A program made the position numbers and the translations under genes. Below are positions 17,929 to 30,125 of a DNA stretch of 64,000 nucleotides, one piece after another. This DNA comes from Candidatus Sumerlaeaceae bacterium (GTDB taxonomy: Bacteria > Sumerlaeota > Sumerlaeia > Sumerlaeales > Sumerlaeaceae): the NCBI GenBank assembly GCA_051003195.1, contig JBPCLP010000011.1, positions 64,001 through 128,000 on the forward strand. Direction: 5' to 3'. Below the pieces are notes generated by a model. That model saw only the letters and a program-made list of their open reading frames with translations, was not told the origin of the DNA and ran no database searches. The stretch's first letter is position 1, and every line of letters starts with the position of its first letter.

Positions 17929-19122
17929 GTGATTAATCCAAATCGTCGACTGGCGCTGCTGACGATACTTGTAACTGGTTTGCTGGTACGCTTGTGCCTC
18001 ATAGGATTTTTCGCGGCACGGTCGGACGTGAGCCCGGGCCAGATCGTGAGCGGTCACGATGGCGGAGAGTATGTCGCATTCGGACGGGCATTGGCGGGCG
18101 GAAGTCTTGCCGGGGTGCCCGAGGATTCGCGGCGACACGATCCCGGATGGCCGATGGCAATCGCGTCGGTGTCGCGTCTGCCGCATGCTGAGCTGCTTTC
18201 GTTTTTGCTGGGATACGCGGCGCTGGCTGGAGCGATATTTATTGGCGTGCGGCTGCTGCGCACGACGGGAAACGCGAGCGACGGCCAATCGTTGATGTGG
18301 GCAGCGGCTATGGTCGGGACCTATCCTGCGCAGCTGTATTATGGATGCTTCGTCTTGAGTGAACCGCTGTTCACGCTTCTACTGGTCGCCGGCGTGGCGG
18401 CGTACGTGGCCTTTCGACAATCGAATCCTGAAAGCAAAAGCGCGAACCGCTGGTACATCGCTGCCTACGCGCTGGCGGGCCTGGCAGGACTGGTTCGCGC
18501 ACCGGGCATGTTGCTGGCTTTTGCTTTTCTCTTTGAGTCGTTTTGTACAAATCGAAACGCGTCTCGAACGGATGATCCCCGTCCAGGGGCGATCCTCGCT
18601 TATACGGTAGCGCGAGCGTGGCCAATCCTGCTAACGGTCGGTCCATGGGTGTTGTGGACCTTTGCGGCCAAACAGGCCTGGGGCGGGCAGCTTATCTTCC
18701 ACGGCCCGAAGTTCAGCTGGCCGTTCAGCGGTTTCGCCGGCTGGCAGGAATTCGGCGGCGCGCGGGCGACTTACATTCTCATATGTGTAGGTGGGGTCGT
18801 TGTTTCAACGGTCGCGCTTATCGTTCAGTGGAGGCGCTGCTGCCAGGCGCAGGACCTCAAGACAACGCTCCTGCTCATTTGCGCTGCGTTCTGCGCTCTT
18901 TTCGTCGTGTTCCACCTGTGCCTGCGCAGCCTGCACTACATCGACAGGGACGTGCTGACGTTTAACTACCAGGACCGATACTATGTCGGACTTCTCCCCT
19001 TTCTGCTGTTGCCCTGGCTTAGGTGGCTGAGGTGGTGGATCGTCGGCTCTGCTGCCATGGTGTCGGTGATGCTATCGGCGTATTGGGGAACAAATTATTT
19101 TAGCGCGCTGGCGGCGCAATAG
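17929..19122 (+). CDS. GT-C fold membrane glycosyltransferase-like protein
   Basis: HDGGEY, LSEPLF, LVRAPG, DRYY motifs, multi-TM; start uncertain. Confidence 0.65.
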   Translation: MINPNRRLALLTILVTGLLVRLCLIGFFAARSDVSPGQIVSGHDGGEYVAFGRALAGGSLAGVPEDSRRHDPGWPMAIASVSRLPHAELLSFLLGYAALAGAIFIGVRLLRTTGNASDGQSLMWAAAMVGTYPAQLYYGCFVLSEPLFTLLLVAGVAAYVAFRQSNPESKSANRWYIAAYALAGLAGLVRAPGMLLAFAFLFESFCTNRNASRTDDPRPGAILAYTVARAWPILLTVGPWVLWTFAAKQAWGGQLIFHGPKFSWPFSGFAGWQEFGGARATYILICVGGVVVSTVALIVQWRRCCQAQDLKTTLLLICAAFCALFVVFHLCLRSLHYIDRDVLTFNYQDRYYVGLLPFLLLPWLRWLRWWIVGSAAMVSVMLSAYWGTNYFSALAAQ

Positions 19123-19201
19123 CACTGCTCCGCGACAGAACGATCGATAAGCTGATTGAATTTGACGGGATTCCACGTGGGCGTTGTAGTGACAACTGAA
19201 T

Positions 19202-19310
19202 CAGCGCCGGGGGTGGCTGCAAAGCCTGAGACGTGCGCGGGTGACAGATAGTCGCCAGCGCAAAACCCTTGGAACCTGAGACGGGTAATGCCGGCGGAGG
19301 GAAGGCGTGG
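19202..19310 (+). ncRNA. TPP riboswitch
   Basis: GGGGTG..CTGAGA..ACCCTTGGAACCTGA..GGTAATGCC.GCGGAGGGAA upstream of thiC. Confidence 0.93.
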
Positions 19311-19360
19311 TGAGCGGTCGCTTCAACGGCCGTGCTTGCGCGTTACCTCCACCAATTTAG

Positions 19361-21289
<1,929 letters not shown>

Positions 21290-21375
21290 CTTGTGTTTCC
21301 CCTGCACATAGGCTTTTCACACATGCGATTGGCACTATTGTCATGGCGTATTATCCATAGTCGAGTTCCTCGATA

Positions 21376-21609
21376 ATGGAATTTACAATAGACGATTCCT
21401 CGAAGCCGCAAATAGACCCGGAATGGTTGGCGGAGTTTGAGGCTGCTGCGCGCCGGCCACTTGCCGAGCGCTGGAAATACTCTTTCATTAAAACCTATAA
21501 GCCCGTTATGGATGACGAACCGTTCCGCGCATTTGATACCACAGCAGACTACCGACGCTGGTGCGAAGAAAATCTGCCGTCGTGGCTTGGCTATGGCCGA
21601 AGCGTTTAG
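21376..21609 (+). CDS. Small hypothetical protein (possible antitoxin)
   Basis: 77-aa ORF overlapping the next gene by 17 nt. Confidence 0.6.
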   Translation: MEFTIDDSSKPQIDPEWLAEFEAAARRPLAERWKYSFIKTYKPVMDDEPFRAFDTTADYRRWCEENLPSWLGYGRSV

Positions 21610-22063
21610 TTACCGCCAGGCGGAAGAGATCCGCGATGCCTTTGCACGGCATAATGTGCGGCATTTGTTTATAGGGAAATCGGGCGCTATCCTGCTGGGT
21701 TTCCCCGATACGACGCAGGATGCCGATGTCTTTGTACAAAAAGATAAAAACAATGCACTAAATTTGATTGTCGCTCTCTCTGACCTTGGATTTCACCTGG
21801 ACGAACAGCAGCAGGCAGAGATTCGGCAAGGTAAGGACTTCGTTCAGATAAAATCCGGGCCATTTGACCTCGACGTGGTTTTCGCTCCAGATGGCATTGA
21901 GAAATTTGAAGACGCATGGGGACGTCACATTGAAATTAATGGTTTTTGCGTCTGCTCAATCGACGATATTATCGAAAGTAAGCGTGCTACGAATCGTGTA
22001 AAAGATCGCGAGTCGCTGCCGAGGTTAATCGGTTTTCGTGACTATTTACGGTCGAAGCAATAG
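21593..22063 (+). CDS. Nucleotidyltransferase-fold protein
   Basis: FIGKSGAILLG..TTQDADVFV (G...DxD) and IESKRATNRVKD. Confidence 0.75.
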   Translation: MAEAFSYRQAEEIRDAFARHNVRHLFIGKSGAILLGFPDTTQDADVFVQKDKNNALNLIVALSDLGFHLDEQQQAEIRQGKDFVQIKSGPFDLDVVFAPDGIEKFEDAWGRHIEINGFCVCSIDDIIESKRATNRVKDRESLPRLIGFRDYLRSKQ

Positions 22064-22073
22064 GAGCTCTTGT

Positions 22074-23393
22074 CTACTCCACCATAAACACAGGGCTGCT
22101 GATCAGCTTAAAGTACGGCAGGAATACCGCAAGCGCGATAAATGCCACTGTCAGTCCCAGTGTGATGATCAGGATCGGTTCGAGTATCGCCGTCATGCGG
22201 CGCAGGCTGCTGTCCACTTCAACGTCATAGGTGTCCGCAATTTTGAGCAGCGTCGCGTCGAGCGCACCCGCCTCATCACCCACCATCACCATATCGATCA
22301 CGACGTCATCGAAAATCGGCTCGGATCTCATTGGCGTGTCCATCTTTTCCCCGCGTTCCACCGCACTGCGAACCCGATAAAGTGTCGGCGTCACGACGGC
22401 ATTGTCTGCAGTGTCGGCGGCTATACCGATGGCATCGATCAGCGGAATGCCCGCGGCAGTGAGGTTTCCGAGCGTCCGGCTGAACCGGGCGACATTTATT
22501 TTTCGGCTTAGCCCGCCCACTCCCGGGATATAAAGCTTTGTACGGTCCCATACCTCACGTCCACGCGGCTGTCGCAAAGCGTACATAATGAGAAGGATGA
22601 CAGCGGCCGCAAGCAGAATGGCCAGCCACCACCATTTGGCAAACCACTGCGAAAAGCCAAGAAGTGCCAGCGTAATCCCGGGAAGTTTGCTATGGTCGGG
22701 ATACGCGGAAAGCAATTTAGGCATCGCGAAAAACATGATGAAAAAGATCACGCAGATTTCGACGAACAACGCGATTGCGGGATACCACAGAGCACTCGTC
22801 ACGCGACTGCGCAACGCGGCGCGCCGCTCCAGCAGGTCAGCCAGCCTCCGTAGCGATTCGTCCAGAATTCCGCCTGCTTCGCCTGCGCGTACCACGCCGA
22901 CAAACATAGAGCTAAAGATGCCACGATGCTCTTCCATCGCAGAGCTGAGTGGCATGCCTTCCTCCACTCGCGCGGCAAGGCTGCCTGAAACGTCCGCCAA
23001 CTGCCGATTACTGCCACGCCGGGCAAGGATGCGCAATGCTTCGAGCAGGGGGATACCCACGTCAACCAGCGTCGCCAGCTGGCGGCAGTACATCGCCATC
23101 GAATGGGCAGTCGGCCCAAAAAAGTTCACGCTCCAGCCCCGCCGCTCGGTTTCCGGCAAAGGCACTACTGCCGCTGCGCGGCCCCGCGGTTCAGCTGCTG
23201 GTTGCATAATCGCCTCGCCCCGGACCTCCTCGGTACGCCGAGTGGTACTCTCGTAAACACCGGCGGGAGCAGAGGTTGCCGCACGACTTTCCATTTCCTC
23301 CTGCCGGAGCCGCTGAATCGCCTCTAATATGGACGATCCTTTTGCCGCGCCAGGCGTCGTTACTTCTTCACGCGAAGTTGCCTTAGTTGCCAT
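22074..23393 (-). CDS. Type II secretion F / PilC platform protein
   Basis: RQLATLVDVGIPL, AGEAGGIL, RFSRTLGNLTAAGIPL, GDEAGALD. Confidence 0.93.
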   Translation of the reverse strand: MATKATSREEVTTPGAAKGSSILEAIQRLRQEEMESRAATSAPAGVYESTTRRTEEVRGEAIMQPAAEPRGRAAAVVPLPETERRGWSVNFFGPTAHSMAMYCRQLATLVDVGIPLLEALRILARRGSNRQLADVSGSLAARVEEGMPLSSAMEEHRGIFSSMFVGVVRAGEAGGILDESLRRLADLLERRAALRSRVTSALWYPAIALFVEICVIFFIMFFAMPKLLSAYPDHSKLPGITLALLGFSQWFAKWWWLAILLAAAVILLIMYALRQPRGREVWDRTKLYIPGVGGLSRKINVARFSRTLGNLTAAGIPLIDAIGIAADTADNAVVTPTLYRVRSAVERGEKMDTPMRSEPIFDDVVIDMVMVGDEAGALDATLLKIADTYDVEVDSSLRRMTAILEPILIITLGLTVAFIALAVFLPYFKLISSPVFMVE

Positions 23394-23460
23394 CTTGTGC
23401 TAATGCCTCCGAACCGGATAGCTTTGTTTAATAGAAAGAAATGACGTGGTAATTTTGTGA

Positions 23461-25719
23461 TCATCCATGGAGGGACACCGCCTTCAGAACCTCAGCGGGC
23501 GTGGTCACACCCTCGAGAATCTTTTTCACGCCGCTGGTCATCAGCGACTGTCCGCTTTTTTCTACTGTATCGCCCAACTCGGCTTCAGGGGCCCGATCGC
23601 CAATTGCCCGCCTCAGCGCTTCGTTAACTTCAACAACCTGGAAGATGCCGGTCCGGCCCATATAACCGGTGCCAAAGCACTTCTCGCACCCGGCACCGCG
23701 GTAGAACTTCTTTTTGCCGGCTTCTGCCAGGCCCAGTTCCCCAAGCACTCCCTTTTGCGGATGAAACGCTTTTTTACAATCCGCGCAAATCACACGTACA
23801 AGCCGTTGCGCTATGATCCCGGAAATCGCGGATCCAATCAGGTAATGTTGGATTTCCATGTTTGTGAGAGCCGAGATTGCACCGATCGCGGTGTTCGTAT
23901 GCAGCGTTGAAAACACCAGGTGCCCGGTTAGCGATGCGCGAATGGCGGTACGCGCGGTATCGGGATCGCGAATCTCGCCAACCATGATAACGTCCGGATC
24001 CTGGCGCAGCGCACTGCGCAATCCAGCCGCGAACGATAAGTCGATAATCGGATCCACCTGTACTTGCGTGATGCCTTCGAGCTGGTACTCGACCGGATCT
24101 TCGATGGTGATGATGTTAATCCCCTCGCGGTTTACACCCGAGAGGCAGGAGTACAGCGTCGACGTCTTGCCGCTGCCCGTAGGGCCGGTAACCAGAGCGA
24201 GCCCGTGTGGCCGGCTAATGAGCCGCTGAACCGCATGCAACTGGCCCTCATCCAGGCCCAATTGAACGAGGCCTGTCATCACGCGGGAGCTGTCCAGGAC
24301 GCGCATGACGATTTTTTCGCCGTGTATGCTAGGCAGCGTGGAGACGCGGAAGTCGTAAAAGCCGACGTCAGTCTCCAAGTCGAAATGGCCGTCCTGCGGC
24401 CGCCGACGCTCTGTCACGTTCATCTGTGCAAGCACCTTGGTGCGCGCTGCAATGAAAGGGATCATCGCAGCAGGGGCGGACATGACCGTGTGCAACTGGC
24501 CGTCCACGCGAAAACGAATTCTCATGCTGTCGGCCATCGGCTCCATGTGAATGTCGGTGGCGCGCGCGTCGATCGCTGTCTCGATTACACGTGAAATCAG
24601 CTGGACCGCGTCGAGGTTGTCGACATACGGCTCATTTGTCGCTGCCGGCGTACTTTGGAAGTCAGACACTCGCATGGCTGCGTCAACGCTACCATTGTCG
24701 GTTCCCTCAGACGGCTCCGGCGCAATCCGGAGCTGTTTGCGCCGTGCAACCGCCGGGGGCATAGTGGTCAGCGGCGCGTCGACCTTCGGAAAGAGCGATT
24801 CAAGTTTGGCGAGCACCTCTTCCTGCCGGGCGTATAGCATGGAAACCCGTCGGCCGGTGAGCATGGCGATGGTATCTGCGAGCACAAGGTTGAACGGATC
24901 GTCCGTCCCAATTTCAAAGTGGCTGTCCTGTGCCGATAGCGGGACGAAAGATTGGCGTCGCATCAGGTCCCGCGGGAAGCGATCCAGCAACTCCTCACTC
25001 ACCGGGTAAGCGATCATCTCAACCTGCGGAAGTTCCATGTTTTCGAGCGCCTGGAATATTTCACCCTGGGAGAGGATGCGCAAGTCCTGCAAGGCGCGCC
25101 ATAGCGGGACGTGACGCTTCAGGTGTTCCCCAAGAGCGCGCGAGTAGTCGTCCTTCGTCACGAGGCTGTTGTAGATGAGAATCTCGCCGGCGAGCAGAAT
25201 TCGGTTTTCCTGGGCGATCTGGGAATCCCCGCGCTCTACCGAGCGTTGTACCCTGTCCGCCCCAAGAATATCGCTCGCCACAAGCACTTCGTGCACGTTC
25301 AGCGCATTGCGATCTGCTTCTTCCAATGCTTCGCGCAGTCGCTCTTCGCTCAACAAGCCCTGCTTAATAAGTGTAAGGCAGATAGGCGCAACGTCTGTGT
25401 TATTAATCTTCAGGAGCGCCACGATCTCGGCGGGGCGAATGATCAGCGCCTGGTTCAACGAGTCTGCGACTTCCGAACTGCCACGGCCCGGCACCAGGTC
25501 CTTTACGTCAGTCAGCAGCAGGGTACCGACTTTTTGTAAATGCTGTAAAGTAATAGGCTGGGTCAGAAATCCAAGTACGCTGCTATCGGTCTTCGGAACA
25601 GTGGCCTGCACGAACGCGTGCCAATGCGCCTCATCGAGTACGTTCGCCTCTTTGAGAAGCAACGCGATCCGGATGGATTTGCGGTTGAGCGGACTTGTTG
25701 CCAATGGAGCAGTCGTCAC
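23461..25719 (-). CDS. GspE/PilB family secretion ATPase
   Basis: ATDIHMEP, PQDG, GPTGSGKT, LRQDPDVIMVGEIRD, TLHTN, CxxC..CxxC. Confidence 0.95.
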   Translation of the reverse strand: MTTAPLATSPLNRKSIRIALLLKEANVLDEAHWHAFVQATVPKTDSSVLGFLTQPITLQHLQKVGTLLLTDVKDLVPGRGSSEVADSLNQALIIRPAEIVALLKINNTDVAPICLTLIKQGLLSEERLREALEEADRNALNVHEVLVASDILGADRVQRSVERGDSQIAQENRILLAGEILIYNSLVTKDDYSRALGEHLKRHVPLWRALQDLRILSQGEIFQALENMELPQVEMIAYPVSEELLDRFPRDLMRRQSFVPLSAQDSHFEIGTDDPFNLVLADTIAMLTGRRVSMLYARQEEVLAKLESLFPKVDAPLTTMPPAVARRKQLRIAPEPSEGTDNGSVDAAMRVSDFQSTPAATNEPYVDNLDAVQLISRVIETAIDARATDIHMEPMADSMRIRFRVDGQLHTVMSAPAAMIPFIAARTKVLAQMNVTERRRPQDGHFDLETDVGFYDFRVSTLPSIHGEKIVMRVLDSSRVMTGLVQLGLDEGQLHAVQRLISRPHGLALVTGPTGSGKTSTLYSCLSGVNREGINIITIEDPVEYQLEGITQVQVDPIIDLSFAAGLRSALRQDPDVIMVGEIRDPDTARTAIRASLTGHLVFSTLHTNTAIGAISALTNMEIQHYLIGSAISGIIAQRLVRVICADCKKAFHPQKGVLGELGLAEAGKKKFYRGAGCEKCFGTGYMGRTGIFQVVEVNEALRRAIGDRAPEAELGDTVEKSGQSLMTSGVKKILEGVTTPAEVLKAVSLHG

Positions 25720-26177
25720 GGCCGTCTCTCCAGAAGGAGAATAGGGGCGTTGCGTGCGCCCTGCACGTTAAGCAGATAAACCGCTCCGCGCGAGATGCGG
25801 CCGGTGGAAGTGGGTGCGGCCGTCAATTCCACGACCCGGTCCCCGTTGCGCAAAGTCAGAGCGGTACCAAGCAGGTTCCGGCCGGTTTCAAGCTGCTGTA
25901 CCGTCGCGGACACCTGCACATCCCGGCGGGACAGCGACTGCGCGCGCAATACTTCGACCGTAGGCGTACCCTCTTCGGGCACACCGCGCATCTGCAAGAG
26001 CTCCGCGCCTTCGCGAAGCATGTCGCCATAGGAGCGGTCCGTCAAACGTGCCTGTGATAGACTGAACGTAAACTGCGTCACAGATGCAGCGCCGAATGCC
26101 ATGATCATCAGCAGCGCCAGGACGCCCAGCGCGGTGATCAAGGCGAATCCACGTTGCTTTTGAAAACCAGGTTTCAT
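25716..26177 (-). CDS. Minor pilin, PilX/GspK-like
   Basis: RG|FALITALGVL (no Glu5); coupled to neighbours. Confidence 0.75.
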   Translation of the reverse strand: MKPGFQKQRGFALITALGVLALLMIMAFGAASVTQFTFSLSQARLTDRSYGDMLREGAELLQMRGVPEEGTPTVEVLRAQSLSRRDVQVSATVQQLETGRNLLGTALTLRNGDRVVELTAAPTSTGRISRGAVYLLNVQGARNAPILLLERRP

Positions 26178-27304
26178 TACAGAGCTACCGCAGAAGTGAG
26201 TTGAAATACCGGTGTTCGCTTTTCTGCACGTTCCGCTTCTTCAAAACTGTCGCCGCTGCCAACCGGCCATACGCGAACTGTATACTCTACCAGCCGTGGA
26301 ACCTCGCGTGTTTCGCGCATCCATTTCGCCCTGGTTCCCTGGAATGAACTCGCGAATCGAAATGAAACCTGGCTCTGAAACCTGTCCGAATTCGGGCCAA
26401 GCGAACGACGCCGCGCACCTGGCGCGAAAGTACTGCCCAGGGAACTTTGTTCGAGGAAGGCGTGGCTGGGGACGGGGCCAAGACCGCGCGAATTTCGTAT
26501 CGCTGACACGACCTTGCCCGGATCTGATCCGCTCCCAAGCGAATACACAACCACCTCCGCGGCGGAAAAACGCTCCTCGCCACTCGCGGGGCGCTTTGCG
26601 GCTCCGGCTTGTACGGTTGCCGGATTCGCACCGACTTGAGCCGGCGCAGGTTGTTTGGGTTCCGCTGCGGCAGGTTCAACTGGAGCAGGTGCACTTGGAG
26701 CACTTGACGCGGATATCGAAACTGACGTGGCAGCAGCCACAGAGGCCTGCGAAGCTGGTGATCCGCTATTTGCAACTGTCGCCGCAGGAACTGGCGGCAC
26801 AACGACGGAAGTCGTCGTTCCGAGAATTCCCTGTATCGAAGCGGGCGCCGACGTGAAGTCGGTGCGGCTGGCAGTAGGCAAGCGCTCGGGCGATGCTTCC
26901 TCAATGGCCCTGGTGGATGTCTCCATCGAATCCGGGGTGACGGGTGCAACGCTGCGCGATGAGGTCGTCATGAGAAGTGTGCTCGAACTGATTGCCGCAA
27001 TGCTCGCAGGCAAAGTGGACGTGGTGGCTCCGCCCCCAGCGGTCGGCTCATTCGGACCGGCGCCTCCAGAAAACGCGCCTTCAAGTTCTTCAGGAGCAAC
27101 ACGGAAACGTAACGTTCGCTCCACCGACTGGCTGATCAACAGCGCTTCCTGGTGCATTTGCTCGACTGCGGTGATCCGGTCGCTTTCGCGCTGCGTCACC
27201 ATCAACGTATTTAGTATAAGACCAAAAACCACCGTGGACAGACTCATAACCACAAGCGCCTCTATCAGCGTCATCGCCCGGCTACGCTGGCTGAGTTGGT
27301 TCAC
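26177..27304 (-). CDS. Minor pilin, PilW/GspJ-like, with Ser/Thr/Ala/Pro-rich insert
   Basis: RA|MTLIEALVV. Confidence 0.75.
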   Translation of the reverse strand: MNQLSQRSRAMTLIEALVVMSLSTVVFGLILNTLMVTQRESDRITAVEQMHQEALLISQSVERTLRFRVAPEELEGAFSGGAGPNEPTAGGGATTSTLPASIAAISSSTLLMTTSSRSVAPVTPDSMETSTRAIEEASPERLPTASRTDFTSAPASIQGILGTTTSVVVPPVPAATVANSGSPASQASVAAATSVSISASSAPSAPAPVEPAAAEPKQPAPAQVGANPATVQAGAAKRPASGEERFSAAEVVVYSLGSGSDPGKVVSAIRNSRGLGPVPSHAFLEQSSLGSTFAPGARRRSLGPNSDRFQSQVSFRFASSFQGTRAKWMRETREVPRLVEYTVRVWPVGSGDSFEEAERAEKRTPVFQLTSAVAL

Positions 27305-27750
27305 AGTACTTTAGCCGCTCCCGCGACAGGCGGCAAGTACACGGTGCCCTGCACCTGCGCAAGGGTGCTGGTGCTCGAGAGGTCTGGCCCCGCGCCAACT
27401 TGCACCATAACACTGATGCCTGGCTGCGGCGCGTCCTGCAACGTCAGATGTGCCTTCCAGCTGTAGCGCGAGTTCTGCTCAAACACCTCTGTGCCTGTCG
27501 CAGGCAACACAATTTCTCGCGCGCCATTTGAGAACAGTGGCGGCAAATTCTCCCGGGCGCAACGCAGTTCCTGCAGCTTGAGTTGTGCAAGAGCGGTAGC
27601 CTGCATGCGCTTATGCGTAAGAGAGGACGTGTGGCGTGCAGATGCAACAAGGTCTGCAGCGCCATAAAGGCCAAAAGCCAGTATGGCGAGCGCGACCACA
27701 ATCTCGATGATATTAAAACCGCGAAAGCTGCACGTTGTCTTCAATTGCAA
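27301..27750 (-). CDS. Minor pilin, PilV/GspI-like
   Basis: RG|FNIIEIVVALAIL. Confidence 0.75.
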   Translation of the reverse strand: MQLKTTCSFRGFNIIEIVVALAILAFGLYGAADLVASARHTSSLTHKRMQATALAQLKLQELRCARENLPPLFSNGAREIVLPATGTEVFEQNSRYSWKAHLTLQDAPQPGISVMVQVGAGPDLSSTSTLAQVQGTVYLPPVAGAAKVL

Positions 27751-27820
27751 AACCCGGGGTAGGATGCTTTATAAGCAGTGCTTGAATGAAGATAAGTTGT
27801 CCGTGCGAATGCCTGTCAAA

Positions 27821-28840
27821 ATGAAACTGCGATACTGTTTAGGCTTCCCCCTGCTGCTGGTGTGCCTGCATGCAATAGTGATGCCCGCCCATGGGCAGGC
27901 CACAACTGCCACTTTGAGCGCCATAGCTGGCTTCGACAGCACGGCACCCACCACGGGCACGGCATTTCGGATTGGCTGCCTGCGTTATGACCCCGATACA
28001 CGCATTTCTGTCGAGCTGGCCCAGCAGCTCGCGGCTTCCCTGCGGGCCAATGAAAAAGTTCGGGCAGCCATGCAGCAGGAAGGCGTCAGCGAAATCCAGG
28101 TCCAAAGCTTCGACTCGCACCGCTGGCTGATGGAAGCGATGGACGGCGAGCAGGTAGACCTCGCCTTTTGCTCGCTGGTCGATTTTGGATACCAGACCGG
28201 CGGATATCTCGCCATTTTCCTGCTGAGGCTGCCGCATGATCGGCCGGGCAGGAACCGGCTGTTCCATTATGGCTCGATATTTGTAAATAACCGCAGCAGC
28301 CTGTTTAGGGTTCCGGACCACGAGATTCCGGCCAGGCTGTCAGAATACCTGGCGTCACACGAAATCGCGCTTGTCGGCCCTTACAGCGCCGCGGGCTACT
28401 TTTACCCCCTGCTGAAGATCCACGAGATAACGAGTGGGACTCTCATTCAACCGCGTGCGCAATTCTGGGGAAGTTCTGAAGAAGTCGTCAAAGCGGTCAT
28501 TAATGGAACCGTCGAGATTGGCACCTGCGATGCCGGCGTGCTGGATGAGGTTTTGCGCGCCAGCAATTTATTGGATCGCCGCCAGGAACTGATCCGGGAG
28601 ATTAAGAAAGTCGAACGTGTTCCGCCTGATCCTGTAGCATTATTGCAGAAGTGGGCTCCAAAATCTTCGCCGCTTGGCCGCAGCGTACGCGACGCGACAC
28701 GAAAGTTCTTCGATGAACTTAAGCCGCCTTTGCCCCGGCTAATGCCCTCGCCGGATGACTGGGAATTCAACAGGGAGCTACGACAGAACATCACGCGGTT
28801 TGACGAAATACGAAAAGCCGTAGATACCGGCGCAAAATAG
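27821..28840 (+). CDS. PhnD-like periplasmic substrate-binding protein
   Basis: Signal peptide; YGSIFVN, SAAGYFYP, EVVKAVING.VEIG. Confidence 0.7.
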   Translation: MKLRYCLGFPLLLVCLHAIVMPAHGQATTATLSAIAGFDSTAPTTGTAFRIGCLRYDPDTRISVELAQQLAASLRANEKVRAAMQQEGVSEIQVQSFDSHRWLMEAMDGEQVDLAFCSLVDFGYQTGGYLAIFLLRLPHDRPGRNRLFHYGSIFVNNRSSLFRVPDHEIPARLSEYLASHEIALVGPYSAAGYFYPLLKIHEITSGTLIQPRAQFWGSSEEVVKAVINGTVEIGTCDAGVLDEVLRASNLLDRRQELIREIKKVERVPPDPVALLQKWAPKSSPLGRSVRDATRKFFDELKPPLPRLMPSPDDWEFNRELRQNITRFDEIRKAVDTGAK

Positions 28841-28888
28841 TTTCGAAGTTCTTGCGCTGCCTGCTATGCGCCATTCTAAAATGGCCTT

Positions 28889-30112
28889 ATGACGACCACA
28901 TTTCCATCCAGCGAAACGAGCTTTGTCATTCCTGCCGGCTTCAGGTGGGCCGGTATTCCTGCGGGAATTAAATACAAGGACCGTCGCGACTTTGGGATTT
29001 GCATCGCCGACAAACGGTGCGCGACCGCGGCTGTTTTTACGCAGAACCAGTTCGCTGCGGCGCCCGTACAGCTTTCGCGCCAGGTGCTGGAGCGCAGCGT
29101 AGGATTCGCGCAAGGCATCGTCGTGAACTCAGGTTGTGCAAATGCTGCGACTGGGAAGGAGGGACTGCAAAACGCGCGCGGCATGGCAGCGTTCGCCGCT
29201 GCAGCATTCGGGTTGGACTCAACCACTCCCCTGCTGGTCTGCTCCACAGGCACGATCGGCACGCAGCTTCCAATGCCCGCAATTCACGCGGCGGTCGACA
29301 AAACTGTGGCCGCGGCCAGTGCCAGCGCCACGGCGTTCATGGATTTTGCCACTTCAATCCTGACAACCGACACCTGCCACAAAATCGCATCGACGAGTTT
29401 CCAGCTCGATGGCCAGGAAGTACGAATCCTGGCATGCGCCAAGGGATCGGGCATGATGCAGCCAAAGATGGCTACCATGCTGGCATTTTTGTTTACCGAT
29501 GCGCAGATGGATCCCATCGCGCTTCAGGAATGCCTGTCGCACGCCAACGAACGCAGCCTGAATTGCGTCACCGTCGACGGTGATACCAGCACTAACGACA
29601 CAGCCATACTCATGGCAAGCGGCAGCAGCGGAGCCGATACATCCAGGAGTCACGCACGGGAGATGTTTTCGGAGGCTTTGCTCCAGGTTCTGCAATCCGT
29701 GTCCAAACAGCTGGCACGCGATGGCGAAGGCGCTTCGAAGCTGATCGAGGTGGAAGTAAGGGGCGCACACGATTTCATTTCTGCGCGAAGCTGTGCATTG
29801 GCAGTCGCAAACTCGCCGCTGGTAAAAACCGCCGTCTATGGTCGAGACGCCAACTGGGGGCGCATCGCCATGGCGATCGGAAACGCCAATGTTCCTTTCC
29901 AGGTGGACAACGTAACGATTTCGCTGGGTGACCTGGTTCTCTTTCAGGCGGGTGCCCCATTGCCGTTCGACGAAGCGGAGGCGCTGGCAATTCTGACGGA
30001 GGACTTCGTACGAATTAACGTGGAACTCGGCACAGGTGCGGAAGGCGCCACCGTGTGGACATGTGACCTGACAGAAAGATACATCGAGATTAACGGTTCG
30101 TACCGAACGTGA
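28889..30112 (+). CDS. argJ: Bifunctional ornithine acetyltransferase/N-acetylglutamate synthase
   Basis: NSGCANA, STGTIG, KGSGM..P.MATML, DGDTSTND, DGEGA. Confidence 0.95.
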   Translation: MTTTFPSSETSFVIPAGFRWAGIPAGIKYKDRRDFGICIADKRCATAAVFTQNQFAAAPVQLSRQVLERSVGFAQGIVVNSGCANAATGKEGLQNARGMAAFAAAAFGLDSTTPLLVCSTGTIGTQLPMPAIHAAVDKTVAAASASATAFMDFATSILTTDTCHKIASTSFQLDGQEVRILACAKGSGMMQPKMATMLAFLFTDAQMDPIALQECLSHANERSLNCVTVDGDTSTNDTAILMASGSSGADTSRSHAREMFSEALLQVLQSVSKQLARDGEGASKLIEVEVRGAHDFISARSCALAVANSPLVKTAVYGRDANWGRIAMAIGNANVPFQVDNVTISLGDLVLFQAGAPLPFDEAEALAILTEDFVRINVELGTGAEGATVWTCDLTERYIEINGSYRT

Positions 30113-30125
30113 CGGACACTTACCT

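Noticed and set aside
21331..21345. TGGCAC upstream of the NTase pair as a sigma-54 promoter (also 17893, 61247)
   Set aside because: No GC at the required 10-bp spacing
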